From contig NC_057718.1 in NCBI RefSeq assembly GCF_004010195.1, forward strand, positions 98,084,876-98,148,875: a stretch of 64,000 nucleotides of DNA. Direction: 5' to 3'. The first letter of the stretch is position 1. Every line of letters starts with the position of its first letter. The position numbers and the translations under genes are program-made. The notes below the pieces were generated by a model. It searched no databases, was not told the origin of the DNA, and saw only the letters and a list, made by a program, of their open reading frames with translations. The stretch is from Chiloscyllium plagiosum. Taxonomy: Eukaryota. This document shows, in pieces, positions 48,701 to 61,164 of this stretch.

Positions 48701-49264
48701 TAAATGGCTATGTACCATGGAATATGTACAAGTGTCCTGAATTTAACCTCAAACTGATTGGTTGCATGTCAATCCATTTCATATTTTAATGCTGAAGGTA
48801 AACCATTGTAATTTCGCTGTAGTATTTCAATGTACAGCAACCAGCTGCAGTACCAGTAGCTATTTGTTGTTGAAGGCAGCTCGTGCCTGAAAGGGTTAAC
48901 TCACATCAAAGATGGACTCTGTCAATAAGGAGATAAAGGACGATTGCTGGGAAGAGCCAACCAGTCCTGTATCAGTTCAATACCAAACCAGAGTGTTTCT
49001 GTGGCTATAATGTGAATTTATTCTTCAGTTGAGCCTGATGTCTCTTAGAACCCTTCCTGTTTCTCCGATATAATGGAGCATGCCATTAAATAATACCTAA
49101 CATGTGTTCATCAAGATGGAGCCTATCTTCTACTGAAGATGTTGTGTGGTCATCCTTCCCCTCCTGCAATATCATTGGTTAAACTAAGATCAGCAAGAAG
49201 GACTAGGCCAATGACATCTGCACATTGTCCAGAGAATAGTTCTTTTAAAGGTACCTTTATCAAT

Positions 49265-49610
49265 CAGTAACCTGTGAAACAGAATTCTCAAGAAGAAGAA
49301 AAGAAGACAGGAATACAGAGAAGAACCGAAAGCTGCCTGGTTTTGAGATAGGAAGTTTTGTATTGTAAATCTTAATTGGGAGTTTTATCAGACTAGTATC
49401 ATAGAAGGGGACGTAAAAGATAGGTTAAAGGAAGGAGTTGTAAATAGTTGTTAGTTAATTATTCTCTGTTATAGTTTAAGAAATAAAGTTGTTAATTTTT
49501 ATTTTAAATAGTTCTTGGCCTCTTGAATTTTCACAGATTACTGCAAGGGATAATTTTTTTCTGTGTTGCTGGTTTAAAATAAGCAGGAGAGTTTACCTTG
49601 TGTCATAACA
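49265..49610 (+). mobile_element. LTR-like 3' fragment
   Basis: aataaa at about 49482 and terminal 'gtcataaca'; 5' end not recognised. Confidence 0.35.
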
Positions 49611-49689
49611 TTGATATGCTAAAGCGGGTGCAGAATGTATGGGCTTTCTGACTCAAGCTACAGCCAAGACTAAGAGATCTAAATAGGTT

Positions 49690-50312
49690 CATTCAGAGGT
49701 CAATGAAAGTGAGTGAAGAAGGTGTTTGGTATGCTTGCCTTTCTTGGTTAGTGCATTGAGTGTAAGAGTTGGGGTCTCATGATGCAGCTGTTCAGTGCAT
49801 TGGTTAGGCCACTTTTGGAATACTGGTCACCTTGCTATAGGAAAGATGTTGCTAAACATGAAAGGGTGTGGAAAATATTTGTAAAGATGTTGTCAGGGTT
49901 GGAGGGTTTGAGCTACAGGAGGGGCTGAACGGGCTGGGGCTGTTTTCCCTGGAGCGTCGGAGGCTGAGGGGTGACCTTACAGAGGTTTATAAAATTATGA
50001 GGGATATGTTTACAGTAACTAGCCAAGATCTTTTTCCCAGGTTAGTCGAGTCCAAAACTAGAAGCTATAAATTTAATCTGAGAAGGGAAAGATATAAAAA
50101 GAACCTCACACAGAGGGTGGTGCGTGCATGAAATGAGCTACAATGACAACATTTAAAAGGCATCCGGATGGGTATATGAATAGGAAGGGTTTAGAGGAAT
50201 ATGGGCCAAGTGCTGGCAAATGGAACTATATTAATTTAGGATATCTGGTCTACATGGATGAGTTGGACTGAAGGATCTGTTTCCATGTTGTGGCTCTCTA
50301 TGACTTTATGAC
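49690..50312 (+). mobile_element. CR1/HER1 LINE 3' fragment
   Basis: LGLFSLERRRLRGDLTEVYKIMR. Confidence 0.88.
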
Positions 50313-51477
50313 TTTGTTGGAGGCACAGTTCCTACACTTGAAGGTTAGGACAGGTCAGATTATCAGATCAGAAAAATCTAGCTGGTTCTTATCCTCTTTA
50401 CTTCTATCAGATTTCAAAAAGGGGACGAGTATAGAGGGTAGGTATTATTGTGTCTTTCATGTGCACATTTCAAGCTGCAGCTTACAGTTAAAAAGAGAAA
50501 CTGCGAAAAATCTTTGCATAAATCAGTTAGTGGTTAGTTTTAGTTTGTTCATGTATTCCTCTCTCCTCTCCCTCTTTAAGGTAAAGTTGACCTCTTTGAC
50601 AATACTTCTAACCACCAGTCCTACACTCCCTTATGGCTTGTCAAAGTTTGCTCAGTAACGTACACATGGATCATGTTGGGTCATTTTATAACGCTAAAGG
50701 TGCTACGTTATTTATAAAATGCCATTCTCCTGTAAAGTGTTATGAAAAGAACTAAGAACTGGATGAGATATTGAGAACAGCCATCATGTGTGCTACAACA
50801 TTTTAGTAAGATGAGATTAAGAAGGGTAATCATTTGGTAGCTCAAAACTTGAATGTTCCTGAAATAACTGCAGTACACATTTTGTCAAGGCATTTTCTTT
50901 CTTGCACCCATCAGGACAAGTTGGAAGAAATACCAGTGTTAAATGAGGACTGTTGGCCTCTAAGCAAAATTGAGTACTGGCCAGCTGTTTGATTGGAAGC
51001 ATTGTCGATATTCAGCCTGATCCACCACCTCACTCAATGTCCACATATCTGGCCATTGTAGTTGGGACTGTTGTCAATATTGTTGTCTTTAACAACAAGA
51101 CTAATTATAATGTAAAAATACCCCACACATATCACCAAACAATTTCATACAGATATGTAATTTCATGACGCATATGTTCCAAGAATATAACTTGTAGTTT
51201 GGGAACTAAAAGGTTTCAATATTTGAAAACTGAAAGCATCTATTTTTGAGAAAATGACAAACAGACCTAAAGTAATTGCATCTCAAAAGATGACCTTTGT
51301 TATATTGAAACGTAGAACATAGAAAATGGGAAACTGCATATCAGTGAAGTCAGCTGTCAATATGATGAGGATGTTAATGCATGCCAATATATGCAATTCA
51401 GCCTCTTGCTGTTCAATCCCATCTGACGTTTAGCCTGCTTGGCTGGAAAATAGGACTGTTTGCTCCAGACATTTGTA

Positions 51478-51792
51478 TAATCCCTGTAGGGTGGAAACAG
51501 GCCATTCAGTCCATCAAGTCCACACCGACCCTCTGAAGAGCATCCTACCCAGGCACCCCCAGCCCAGTAACCCTGCATTCCCCATGGCAAATCCACCTAA
51601 TCTACACATCCCTGGGCCCTATAGCATGGTCAATCAACCTAACCTGCACATCTTTGGACTGTGAGAGGAAACCTGTGCAGACACAGGGTAAACATGCAAA
51701 CTCCTCACAGACAGTCCCCCAGGGGTGGAATCAAACCCAAGTGCCTGGCGCTGTAAGGCAGCAGTGCTAAACACTGAGCCACCATGCCACCC
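51478..51792 (-). mobile_element. HE1/V-SINE
   Basis: Full length, diverged. Confidence 0.88.
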
Positions 51793-52890
51793 TGTTATTG
51801 TCAACCTCTTCGCTGGCCATTTCATGTGATTCCTCCAACTTTCTCGCCATTGCTCATGTCGCTCAAGGGTTGGAAAGATTCCATCCACAGCATAATCTGC
51901 TGGCAATATTCATCCCAGAATGCACACCTTCCAGAAAGGTTCAAGCCAAAAAACATGAGTCGATGGTTTGCTTGAATTGATTGAGTTTCAATGTCATTTG
52001 AGGAAATGGTAATTTCAGACTGTTTATCTTGCATTGGTTTCATGAACTTGGCACGACCCAGTCAAGTGCCCACTGCCGCTATATTCAGTCAGTGCTTTTT
52101 CTTCCCTTTTTAAACCATTTAGTCCATAAAGAGCTCAGACACTAAAATCATGTGATGGAAGTTGAAATTGTTTGCCCCTATCTTGCCACTATTGTGACAG
52201 TCTTTGGAAAAATAAAAGTGAGATCCAAGTATTAAAAGTACAGGATTTCTTTTTTAGCAAAGTGCAGAGCAGCATTTGGCGTATCTTTCATTTTTAAATT
52301 CTGAATGGAAATGTGTGTTGCACTTTGTACATCAGAAGAGAGGGGAACTTTTGCTGGATTTTATTGAAAATTACTCTCTTTTTGCCACTTGGGGATGAAT
52401 TATTCTGCTTTCTATTTTATTTCTCCCAGTAGCAGCAGATAATCTATTAGTAGGAGGAAAAGGATTTAATTAATTTTCCTTTTAGAGCGAAAAAAAAATT
52501 ACCTAGAAGAGAATGAGGGATTTGAACTTGCTCTTGTCAACCATACGCTCAGTGGAGTGAGGCCACTAACTTAGAATTGTACCCAGCCTTCCCAAATTAT
52601 TAATGATTCTTTACAGGCTTTACAAACAAGCAGGAGTAGGCAGTTTTCAGGTTACAACCTAAGGGTTGATCAGGGGTCCATGAGGGCTGCAAAAGATACT
52701 GAGAGAGTGTCACAGCTTCTGTAAATGACATTGTCAGCATTATTTGATTGTGTTTGGTGAGCTACAACATGTCCAGAACATCAGTGCTCGCGATTGTCGA
52801 AAATGATTGCTTTAAATGAAGGTTGTCCTTGATTAAATGAATGCTTTTCAGGATTAATTAGTCCTCTTGATTGTTTTTCTTTTGGTTTAG

Positions 52891-52904
52891 GTTTCTGAAC
52901 AATA
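52891..52904 (+). other. PLCB4: 5'UTR part of the PLCB4 start-codon exon, with splice acceptor at 52889-52890
   Basis: Polypyrimidine tract and AG, then gtttctgaacaata; in-frame upstream stop TGA at 52896-52898. Confidence 0.8.
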
Positions 52905-52988
52905 ATGGCTAAAGCATACGAATTCTTGTGGCAGAAACCTGTTCCAGCTTTTATGCAAGAGGGAACTGTTTTTGAAATATACGAGGAG
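52905..52988 (+). CDS. PLCB4: Phospholipase C beta 4, first coding exon (28 codons, phase-0 donor)
   Basis: Translates [28 protein letters not shown], matching the vertebrate PLCB4 N-terminus as I recall it (human [28 protein letters not shown]); Kozak ataATGG; acceptor ttgtttttcttttggtttag|g at 52890/52891; donor GAG|gtaagt. Confidence 0.92.
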
Positions 52989-54291
52989 GTAAGTGACTAT
53001 TAAAAACAAGTGCCTCTTTCTCGCACAATGAGATTTCCATTTAATCCACATCTTTCCGTGACAGCCATCTTAAACAGCACTTTCCTTCTGATGAGTTTGC
53101 CACAACAAAACTCCATTGCCTGCATTTTCTCCACGCTTTTAGGACAATGCATTGAAAGTACCCGTTTGGACGCAAAGCAGTGCCTCTGTTTTGGTGTTTT
53201 GAGTCGAGTTTTGTTTAGCGCTAAACCTTCATTGTTCTGGTGGCCCAGTTACCTGAGAAAACTAAGCTTAGACTCAGGGTATTGCATTTCTTTGTGTCTG
53301 GCAAGGAAGCAGAAACGAGAGGATTACTGCATCTGTGGCTTGGTGTAACACAGTCATAAATTAGTTCTTCTTTGTAACCACACTTCTGATGTAGGGGAAA
53401 TCTGCTCTGCCTGTTACTTGGGGGGAAGAGGGGTGTGGGAAGTCATGTTAAATCACCACGTTAGACTCGAAAGATTTATTTTAGGAGGTAGTGCTTGTCG
53501 GAGCAGTCAAACAGAAGTCCAAATTAAAATTGATTACCAGCTAATTTGTCTGATGTTCATTGAGCTTATGATTGCTGCTTTGCCAAGGAGACTGATGTGC
53601 ACCGAGAAGGATTCGGAGACGGTCTCCATACCAGCAGCTGTGAAATAGCACTGACTCTGGGTAAATGAGAAAATCAGTTCCTTGGAGGGATTGAAACTGG
53701 CAGTGAGGTTAGTTTCCATTTCTCTCTCACCCCGTTAACTGGGCCACTAGGGCCTCAGACATGAGTTTCTGGGTTTTTGGCTCTGAGATTTGTGGCTGCC
53801 CAATAGGCTCCTCTTTATGTGGAAGTCAGGATGCTGTTGTATAAAGAGTACACTAGTTGGGCTACTTCTGTTGGAGCTAGCCCAAGCTGCAGTTAGTGTA
53901 AGTGGTGGACTATTCGGAAAAGCAGGAGTGTTACGATATAATCTGGACCGCTGCAGCTCTGGGACTCCCCACGCCCATAACTCAGTTTGAAACCTCTGTC
54001 CAGTGAACTGTATCGTGATGTTTACACTCTGCAGCTCACCCACCCAAAGTAAAACCACCTCCAGTGTTCTCCAGGATCTTAAAATGCACATTGTGCTGTG
54101 CAAATAATTTGTTACACTTTTCACATCAACGCACCACCATTGTAGATAAAAACCATAGCTGGGTCTTTGTTGAGGTAGCAAGTTTTGGCCTCTGTATGGG
54201 GTTGGAGGAGGGTTGTGGTGTGGGGAAATGTTTCAGGTAACATGACCAGCAAGTTTGCCTGTTGGTGATATATCAGTAACGTCACTGGACT

Positions 54292-56200
54292 AATATAGAA
54301 CATAGAAAAGTACAGCATAGAACAGGACCTTCGGCCCAAGATGTTGTGCCGAGAATTAATCCTAATGTAAAATAAAATAACCTAACCTACACACTCCTCA
54401 ATTCACTGCTGTCCATGTGCATGTCCAGCAGTCGCTTAAAGTCCTTAATGACTCTGCTTCCACCACCACTGCTGGCAACGCATTCCATGCATTCATAACT
54501 TTCTGCGTAAAGAATCTATCTCTGACATCCCCTCTATACCTTTCTCCTAATATCTTAAAACTATGACCCCTCGTACCAGTCAATCCTGCCCTGGGGAAAA
54601 GTCTCTAGCTATTGACTCTATCCATGCCTCTCATTACCTTGTATACCTCGATCAGGTCACCTCTCTTCCTCCTTCTCTCCAAAGAGGAAAGTCTGAGCTT
54701 ATTCAACAGTTCTTCATAAGTCAAGCCCTCCAGTCCAGGCAGCATCTTGGTAAACCTTCTTTGCACCCTCTCCAAAGCCTCCGTATCTTTCCTATAGTAA
54801 GGCGACCAGAACTGGACACAATATTCCAAGTGTGGGACTTGTAGAGCTGTAGCAAAACCTCGCTGCTCTTAAACTCAGTCCCCCTATTAATGAAAGCCAA
54901 AATGCCATATGTTTTCTTAACAACCCTATCTACTTGGATGGCAACTTTGAGGGATCTATGTACTTGAACACCCAGATCCCTCTGTTCCTCCACACTGCCA
55001 AGAATCCTGTCTTTAATCCTATATTCAGCATTCGAGTTCGACCTTCCAAAATGCATCACTTCACATTTATTCAGGTTGAACTCCATCTGCCATTTCTCAG
55101 CCCAGCTCTGCATCCTGTCTATGTTGTGCTGAAGCCTGCAATAGCCCTCGATACTATCGACGACACCTCCGACCTTTGTGACATTGGCAAATTTACTAAC
55201 CCACCCCTCAGCCTCCTCATCCAAGTCACTTATTAAAAACTACAAAGAACAGAGGCCCAAGAACAGAGCCCTGCGGGACACCACTAAACACTGACCTCCA
55301 GGCAGAATATTTTTCCATCTACAACCACTCTCTGCCTTCAGTCAGCCAATCAATTCTGAATCAAGATAGCCAAATCTACCTGTATCCCATACCTCCTGAC
55401 TTTATGAATGAGCCTATCATGGGTAACATTATCAAATGTCTTGCTGAAGTCCATATAGACCACGTCCACTGCTCAACCTTCGTTGACCTTTGTGGGCGGC
55501 ACGGTGGCACAGTGGTTAGCACTGCTGCCTCACAGCGCCAGAGACCCGGGTTCAATTCCCGACTCAGGCGACTGACTGTGTGGAGTTTGCACGTTCTCCC
55601 CGTGTCTGCGTGGGTTTCCTCCGGGTGCTCCGGTTTCCTCCCACAGTCCAAAGATGTGCAGGTTATGTGAATTGGCCATGCTAAATTGCCCGTAGTGTTA
55701 GGTAATAAGGGGTAAATGTAGGGGTATGGGTGGGTTGCGCTTCGGCGGGTCGGTGTGGACTTGTTGGGCCGAAGGGCCTGTTTCCACACTGTAAGTAATC
55801 TAAAAATGACCTGTTTCGTCACCTCTTCAAAGAACTCAATAATATTTGTGAGGCATCTCCTACCCCTCACAAAGCCATAATCACTCTGTGCTTTTCCAAA
55901 TAGTCATAAATCCCTATCCTTCAGATTTTTTTCCAAAACCTTGCTGACCACAGATGTAAGACTGACTGGCCTGTAATTGCCAGGGATTTCCCTATTACCC
56001 TTCTTGAAAAGGGGAACAACATTCGTCCCCTTCCTATCCTCCGGTATGACTCCTGTGGAGAGTGAGGAAGCAAAGATCTTTGCCAGTGGCTTAGCAACCT
56101 CCTTTCTCGCTTCCCGGAGTAACCTAGGATAAATTTGGTCTGGCCCTGGGGAATTATCAATCTTAATGTTTGCCAAAATGTCCAGCACATCAACTTCATA
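54292..56200 (-). mobile_element. CR1/HER1 LINE ORF2 fragment (about 1.6 kb, frameshifted) with an inserted SINE
   Basis: SPGPDQIYPRLLRE, NVVPLFKKGNREIPGNYRPVSLTSVV, KWQMEFNLNKCEVMHFG, EYCVQFWSPYYRKD. Confidence 0.93.
55494..55803 (+). mobile_element. Young HE1/V-SINE inside CR1
   Basis: gggcggcacggtggcacagtggttagc...ggttcaattccc; candidate TSD tgacct at 55484-55489 and 55807-55812. Confidence 0.93.
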
Positions 56201-56373
56201 AATGCAGAAACCCAGGCCAATCTGCTGAGGACATGAGGTTAAACCTCACAATGACAGATGGCAAAGTCTGAATTCTGTAAAAATCTGTAACCACTGGTTA
56301 TTGTGGCAAAAAGTCAGTGAAGAAGGGACCCTTACCTGGTTGTGATGACACGTGACTCCAGAATGTAAGTCTT

Positions 56374-56500
56374 CATCTAATGAAGGAGCAGCGCTCCAAA
56401 AGCTAGTGCTTCAAAATAAACCTGTTGGATTATAACCTGCTGTTGTGTGATTTTTTTTTAACTTTGTCCACCCCAGTCCAACACCATCTCCTCCAAATCA
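56374..56500 (+). mobile_element. PLE family B repeat, hammerhead degenerate
   Basis: ctaatgaaggagcagcgctccaaaagcta...aataaacctgttggattataacc. Confidence 0.75.
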
Positions 56501-57517
56501 GTAATGCTTTCATAGTCATCATTAGACTCCTAATTCTAGATGGCAGATGGAATTCAAATTCCACCAACTCCCCTGGTAGGATTTGAACGAGGTCTCCAAA
56601 ACATTACCAGTGTCTCTGGATTAATAGTCTAGTGATAGTGCCACTCGGCCACACCTACCCCAGTCCAAAGTTTGATATGATTGTGGCTGATCTTGGGCAT
56701 CAACTCTACTTTCCAGCCTGCTGCCATACCCCTTGATTCCATAAGAGGACAACGTGTTTATGAAATGATGTTGATGTGTTCTCTTCCAAAGACCTGGACA
56801 TTTGTGCCACCAGACAGCTTAACGTAAGGCAAACCTGTGCAAGATGATCTTTCATTGGCCCTCTCTCCAATAGCTGAACGTAAAAGAGCCAGCTTCCACT
56901 CTGTCTTTGTCACTTTTTGTACCCCACATTAAAATGCATGACATCAGAAAGCCAAACACCTTACAACGCTGTGAGTTCTGCTTATTGAAGAATTTTAACA
57001 AGGTGAAAATGTCAAAAAATAATTTACGTCATGCAGTCTGTTCTCTAAGTCATGAACGTTGAGAGAATATTGCCTTTTTAAAGGAGCAAAGGTCAAGCTT
57101 ATTTTTCCTTCAATAAGTGGGGGAATGCTTGAAAGGAGGGTTACATCAATTAACCAGCACAGAAGGAGGCCATTCAGCCCAACCTACTCTTTACATCTCA
57201 TTGGGGCCTCCTCGCATTCTACCTTATCCAACTCAGTATATACCCTCCCTTCTCCACTTGCTTACCTCGCTTTCCTGAAAATGGATCTATACCATTCACT
57301 TCAGTCAGTGTCTGTGGTAGTGAGTCCCACATCCTCATCACACTCTTCTGGTACAAACACAGGAACAAGGAGCAGTTGTAGGCCATTCGGCCTCTGGAGC
57401 CTGCTGTACCGTTCAATAAGGTCATGGATAAGCTGACGGTCACCTCAAATCTACATTCCTGCCTTTCCCTGATATGCTTTCACTCCGACTTGTTTAACAA
57501 GAATCTATCCTTCTCTA

Positions 57518-57735
57518 CAGTCGGTTCTGCAATAAAGTGGTAGTTCCGTTCTCGTGCAGTCCCAGGTTATAGGAAAATCGCATATTAGCAGCATCTTTTA
57601 AACTAATGGAGCTGGAAATGCATGAAAAGCAATATGGCTTTAAAACTTCGCTCTTTAGAAACGGTGTCCCCAATTCACCCCTCGTGTTATAGTGAATTCG
57701 TGTTAGTGAAACACGCATTAAAGCAGAACAACCTG
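57518..57735. mobile_element. Tigger-like (Tc1/mariner) MITE
   Basis: TA-cagtcggttctgcaataa ... ttaaagcagaacaacctg-TA, imperfect TIRs; interrupts a CR1 fragment. Confidence 0.65.
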
Positions 57736-57989
57736 TACTTTAAACTTATCCAAGGATTCTACTTCCACTGTCTTCTCAGGAAGAGACTCAGGAGCTAATT
57801 GAGAGAACATATTTAACCTCATCTCCTTTTTAAATGGGCAACTTCTGATTTTTAAGTACCAGCCCCGAGTTCTAGATTTTCCCAGAACAGGAAACAAACT
57901 GATCCCCCTGTCAAGACCCTTCAAGATCTTGTAAGTTTCAGTCAAGTGACCTTTTACTCTTTTAAACTTCAGATACAAGCTCAGCCTGT

Positions 57990-58270
57990 TGGGGGTGGTA
58001 CAGTGGTTAGCACTGCTGCCTCACAGCACCAGGGGCACAGGTTCAATCCCTCCCTTGAATGACTGTCTGTGTGGAGTTTGCACATTCTCCCCGTGTCTGG
58101 CTGGGTTTCCTCCAGGTGCTCTGATTTCCTCCAACAGTCCAAAGATGTGCAGGTCAGGGTGGATTGGCTGTGAGGAATGCAGAATTACACTGAAGGGGGG
58201 TGGGTCTGTAGGGATGCTTTTCAGAGGATCTCAATGACTAACTTCCACACTGCAGGGGTTCTATGATTCT
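57990..58270 (+). mobile_element. HE1/V-SINE
   Basis: Head, V-domain and tail. Confidence 0.85.
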
Positions 58271-59876
58271 AAGTTGCAAATATTTACAGCAAACAGACAC
58301 GTTTGCCATGGATCATGACTTTCCTCAAAACACAACCCACCTGTTGCAGGTATTACTTTGGTAAACCTTCTGTGAACTTCCAATGTATTTACACCTTTCC
58401 TTCATAAAGTGACCAATACCGTACACAGTAACCTAGGTGCTGCCTGAAGCATAAACCTCCCTATTTTTTGTATTCATTTCACTTTGAAATAGATCATGAT
58501 GTTGTGTCGGCTTTCCTAATTATTTGCTGTCCCTGCATTCTAACCTTTTGTGATTCATACACTGGGACATCCAAATCCCACTGTATCTCAGACCTTTGAA
58601 ATCCCTCACTACTGAGTTAATAGATTTTCTCTTCTTCCTGCCAAAATGAACAACCTCACATTTTCCCACATTATAGGCATTTGCCAAATATTTGTCCACT
58701 CATTTAACCTATTTACATTGTTTTGTATTCTCATTATGTCCTTTTTACAACTTACATTCTCACCTATCTTAAAATGATCATCAAATTAGGCAACCACAAC
58801 TTCCATATCTCGCTCCAAGTCATTTATATAAATTATTAACAGTTGAGATCCCAGCACTAATTTCGGTGGCACACCACTTGTTACGTCTTGTCAACCTTAA
58901 AAAGATCCATTTATTCATACTCTCTGCTTCCTGTTAACCAGCCAATCTTCTATCAAAGCTAATAAGATACTCTCTACACAAGAACCTCCTTTATTTTTCT
59001 GCTTATGTGTCACTTTGTCAAATGCCTTCTGGAAATCTAAAGTGAGCATATCCACCGATTCCACAACATGAGTTACTTCCTCAAAAAATTCCAATAAATT
59101 TGTTAGGTACAATTTCCTTTTCACAAAAACCACGTCGACTGTGCCTGATTACCTTGAATGCATCCAAATGCCTTGCCATAACTTGTTTCATAATAGCTTC
59201 TAACATTTTCCCTATAATAGATGTTAAAACTGACTTATTATTTCCTGCTTTCTGTCTCCCTCTGTTTAATAATAAGGAGCTACATTTACCATGTTGCAAT
59301 CTAATGGGAAATTTCCTGAATCAAGGGAGCTTTGAAAAATTAAAACAAATGCATCTCACTAGCCATTTCTTTTAAGACTCTAGGATGAAGTCCATTAGGG
59401 TCAGCGTAAATAATTTCTTAATGTATTTGTTATCCACTTTCTTGGTGATGAACATATTTTGATAGCATTTCGTATTGCCTTCCACGTTCTCTTTGTTTTG
59501 TAGTAGTGGTCAGTTAGTTCAGTTGGCTGGATTATTGGTTGCAGAGTGATGTAATAGCATGGGTTCAATTCCTGCATTGTCTGAGCTCACTGTGACAATG
59601 CTGCCTTCTCAACCTTTGCCTGAGGTGTGGTGATCCTCAGATCAAACCAACCACTATTCATTTCTCTCTCTCTGATGGAAGAATGGTACGATTATTTTAC
59701 TCATAGCAGTTAGAAATGGACGGCAAATGCTGGCAATAATCACATCTCATTGAAAAGAGTAAAAACAAGGTGCTGAATGAGTTGATGTCTTTGTTGCTTC
59801 TTACTTGGGAAATCTTATCATTATATAGCTACCTGGCTTCTTGAGAACTTCAGAAACCTCATGAGCCCTGTAATTA

Positions 59877-61080
59877 CATCTTCCATAATTACACCGGCAC
59901 CACTCCCCACCTCTTCCCCCGCTACATTGATCACTGCATTGGCACCACCTCGTGCTCCCGCGAGGAGGTTGAGCAATTCATCAGCTTCACCAATACATTC
60001 CACCCTGACCTTAAATTTACCTGGACCATCTCTGACACCTCCCTCCCCTTCCTGGACCTCTCCATCTCCATTAATGACGACTGGCTTGACACTGACATTT
60101 TTTACAAACCCACCGACTCCCACAGCTACCTGGATTACACCTCTTCCCACCCTATCTCCTGCAAAAATGCCATTCCCCGTATTCCCAACTCTCCTGCTCC
60201 CAGGAGGATCAGTTCCACCACAGAACACACCAGATGGCCTCCTTCTTTAGAGACCGCAATTTCCCTTCCCACATGGTTAAAGATGCCCTCTAACGCATCT
60301 CATCCACATCCCGCACCTCCGCCCTCAGACCCAACCCCTCCAACCGCAACAAGGACAGAACGCCCCTGGTGCACACCTTCCACCCTACCAACCTTCGCAT
60401 AAACCAAACCATCCGCCGACATTTCCGCCACCTCCAAACAGACACCACCACCAGGGATATATTTCCCTCCCCCCACATCCATCAAAGTTTCACCTGAACA
60501 TCCACCAATATCATTTCTTGTATCCATTGTTCCCGATGCGGTCTCCTTTACATTGGGGAGACTGGGCGCCTTCACGCAGAGCACTTTAAGGAACATCTCC
60601 AGGACACCCGCATCAATTAACTCCACCGCCCCATGGCCTAATTTTTCAACTCCCCCTCCCACTCTGCCGAGGACATGCAGGTCCTGGGCCTCCTCCACCG
60701 CCACTCCCTCACCACCCGACGTCTGGAGCATGAATGCCTCATCTTCTGCCACAGAACACTGCAACCCCACAGCATTAATGTAGACATCACCAGTTTCCTC
60801 ATTTCCTCTGCCTCCACCTTATCTCAGCACCAAACTTCCAGCTCAGCACCATCCTCATGACCTGTCCTACTTGCCAATCTTCCTTCCTACCTTTCGGCTC
60901 TTTCCTCTCTCTGACCTATCACTTTCATCCCCACCCCCATCCGCCCATTGTACTCTTTGCTACCTTCCTCCACCCTCCTCTCTGATCTATCACCTTCATC
61001 CCCTCCCCCACTCACCTATTGTACTCTATGCTACTTTCTCCCCAGCCCCACCCTCCTCTCATTTATCTCTCCACCACATT
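59877..61080 (+). mobile_element. PLE RT and GIY-YIG endonuclease remnant
   Basis: HLFPRYIDHCIG, LPFLDLSISI, FYKPTDSHSYLDY; from 60489 FT*TSTNIISCIHCSRCGLLYIGETGR (GIY-YIG with CxxC); pyrimidine-rich 3' region. Confidence 0.9.
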
Positions 61081-61164
61081 TGTTTTAAAATGTGGTGGCG
61101 AGTTTCCTTCATGAACTACTATAGTCTGTGACTGTTTTTGTTTATAGCTGTTGTTGATACAATG

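Larger units (their letters stand above)
57355..59400 (-). mobile_element. Old CR1 LINE fragment interrupted by a MITE and a SINE
   Basis: LYLTNLLEFFEEVT, LDFQKAFDKVTH, KRVKGHLTETYKILKGLDR. Confidence 0.8.

Noticed and set aside
55494..55565. tRNA-like sequence with A and B boxes, also at the other SINE heads
   Set aside because: It is the tRNA-derived head of HE1 SINE and continues into the V-domain, so it is not a tRNA gene
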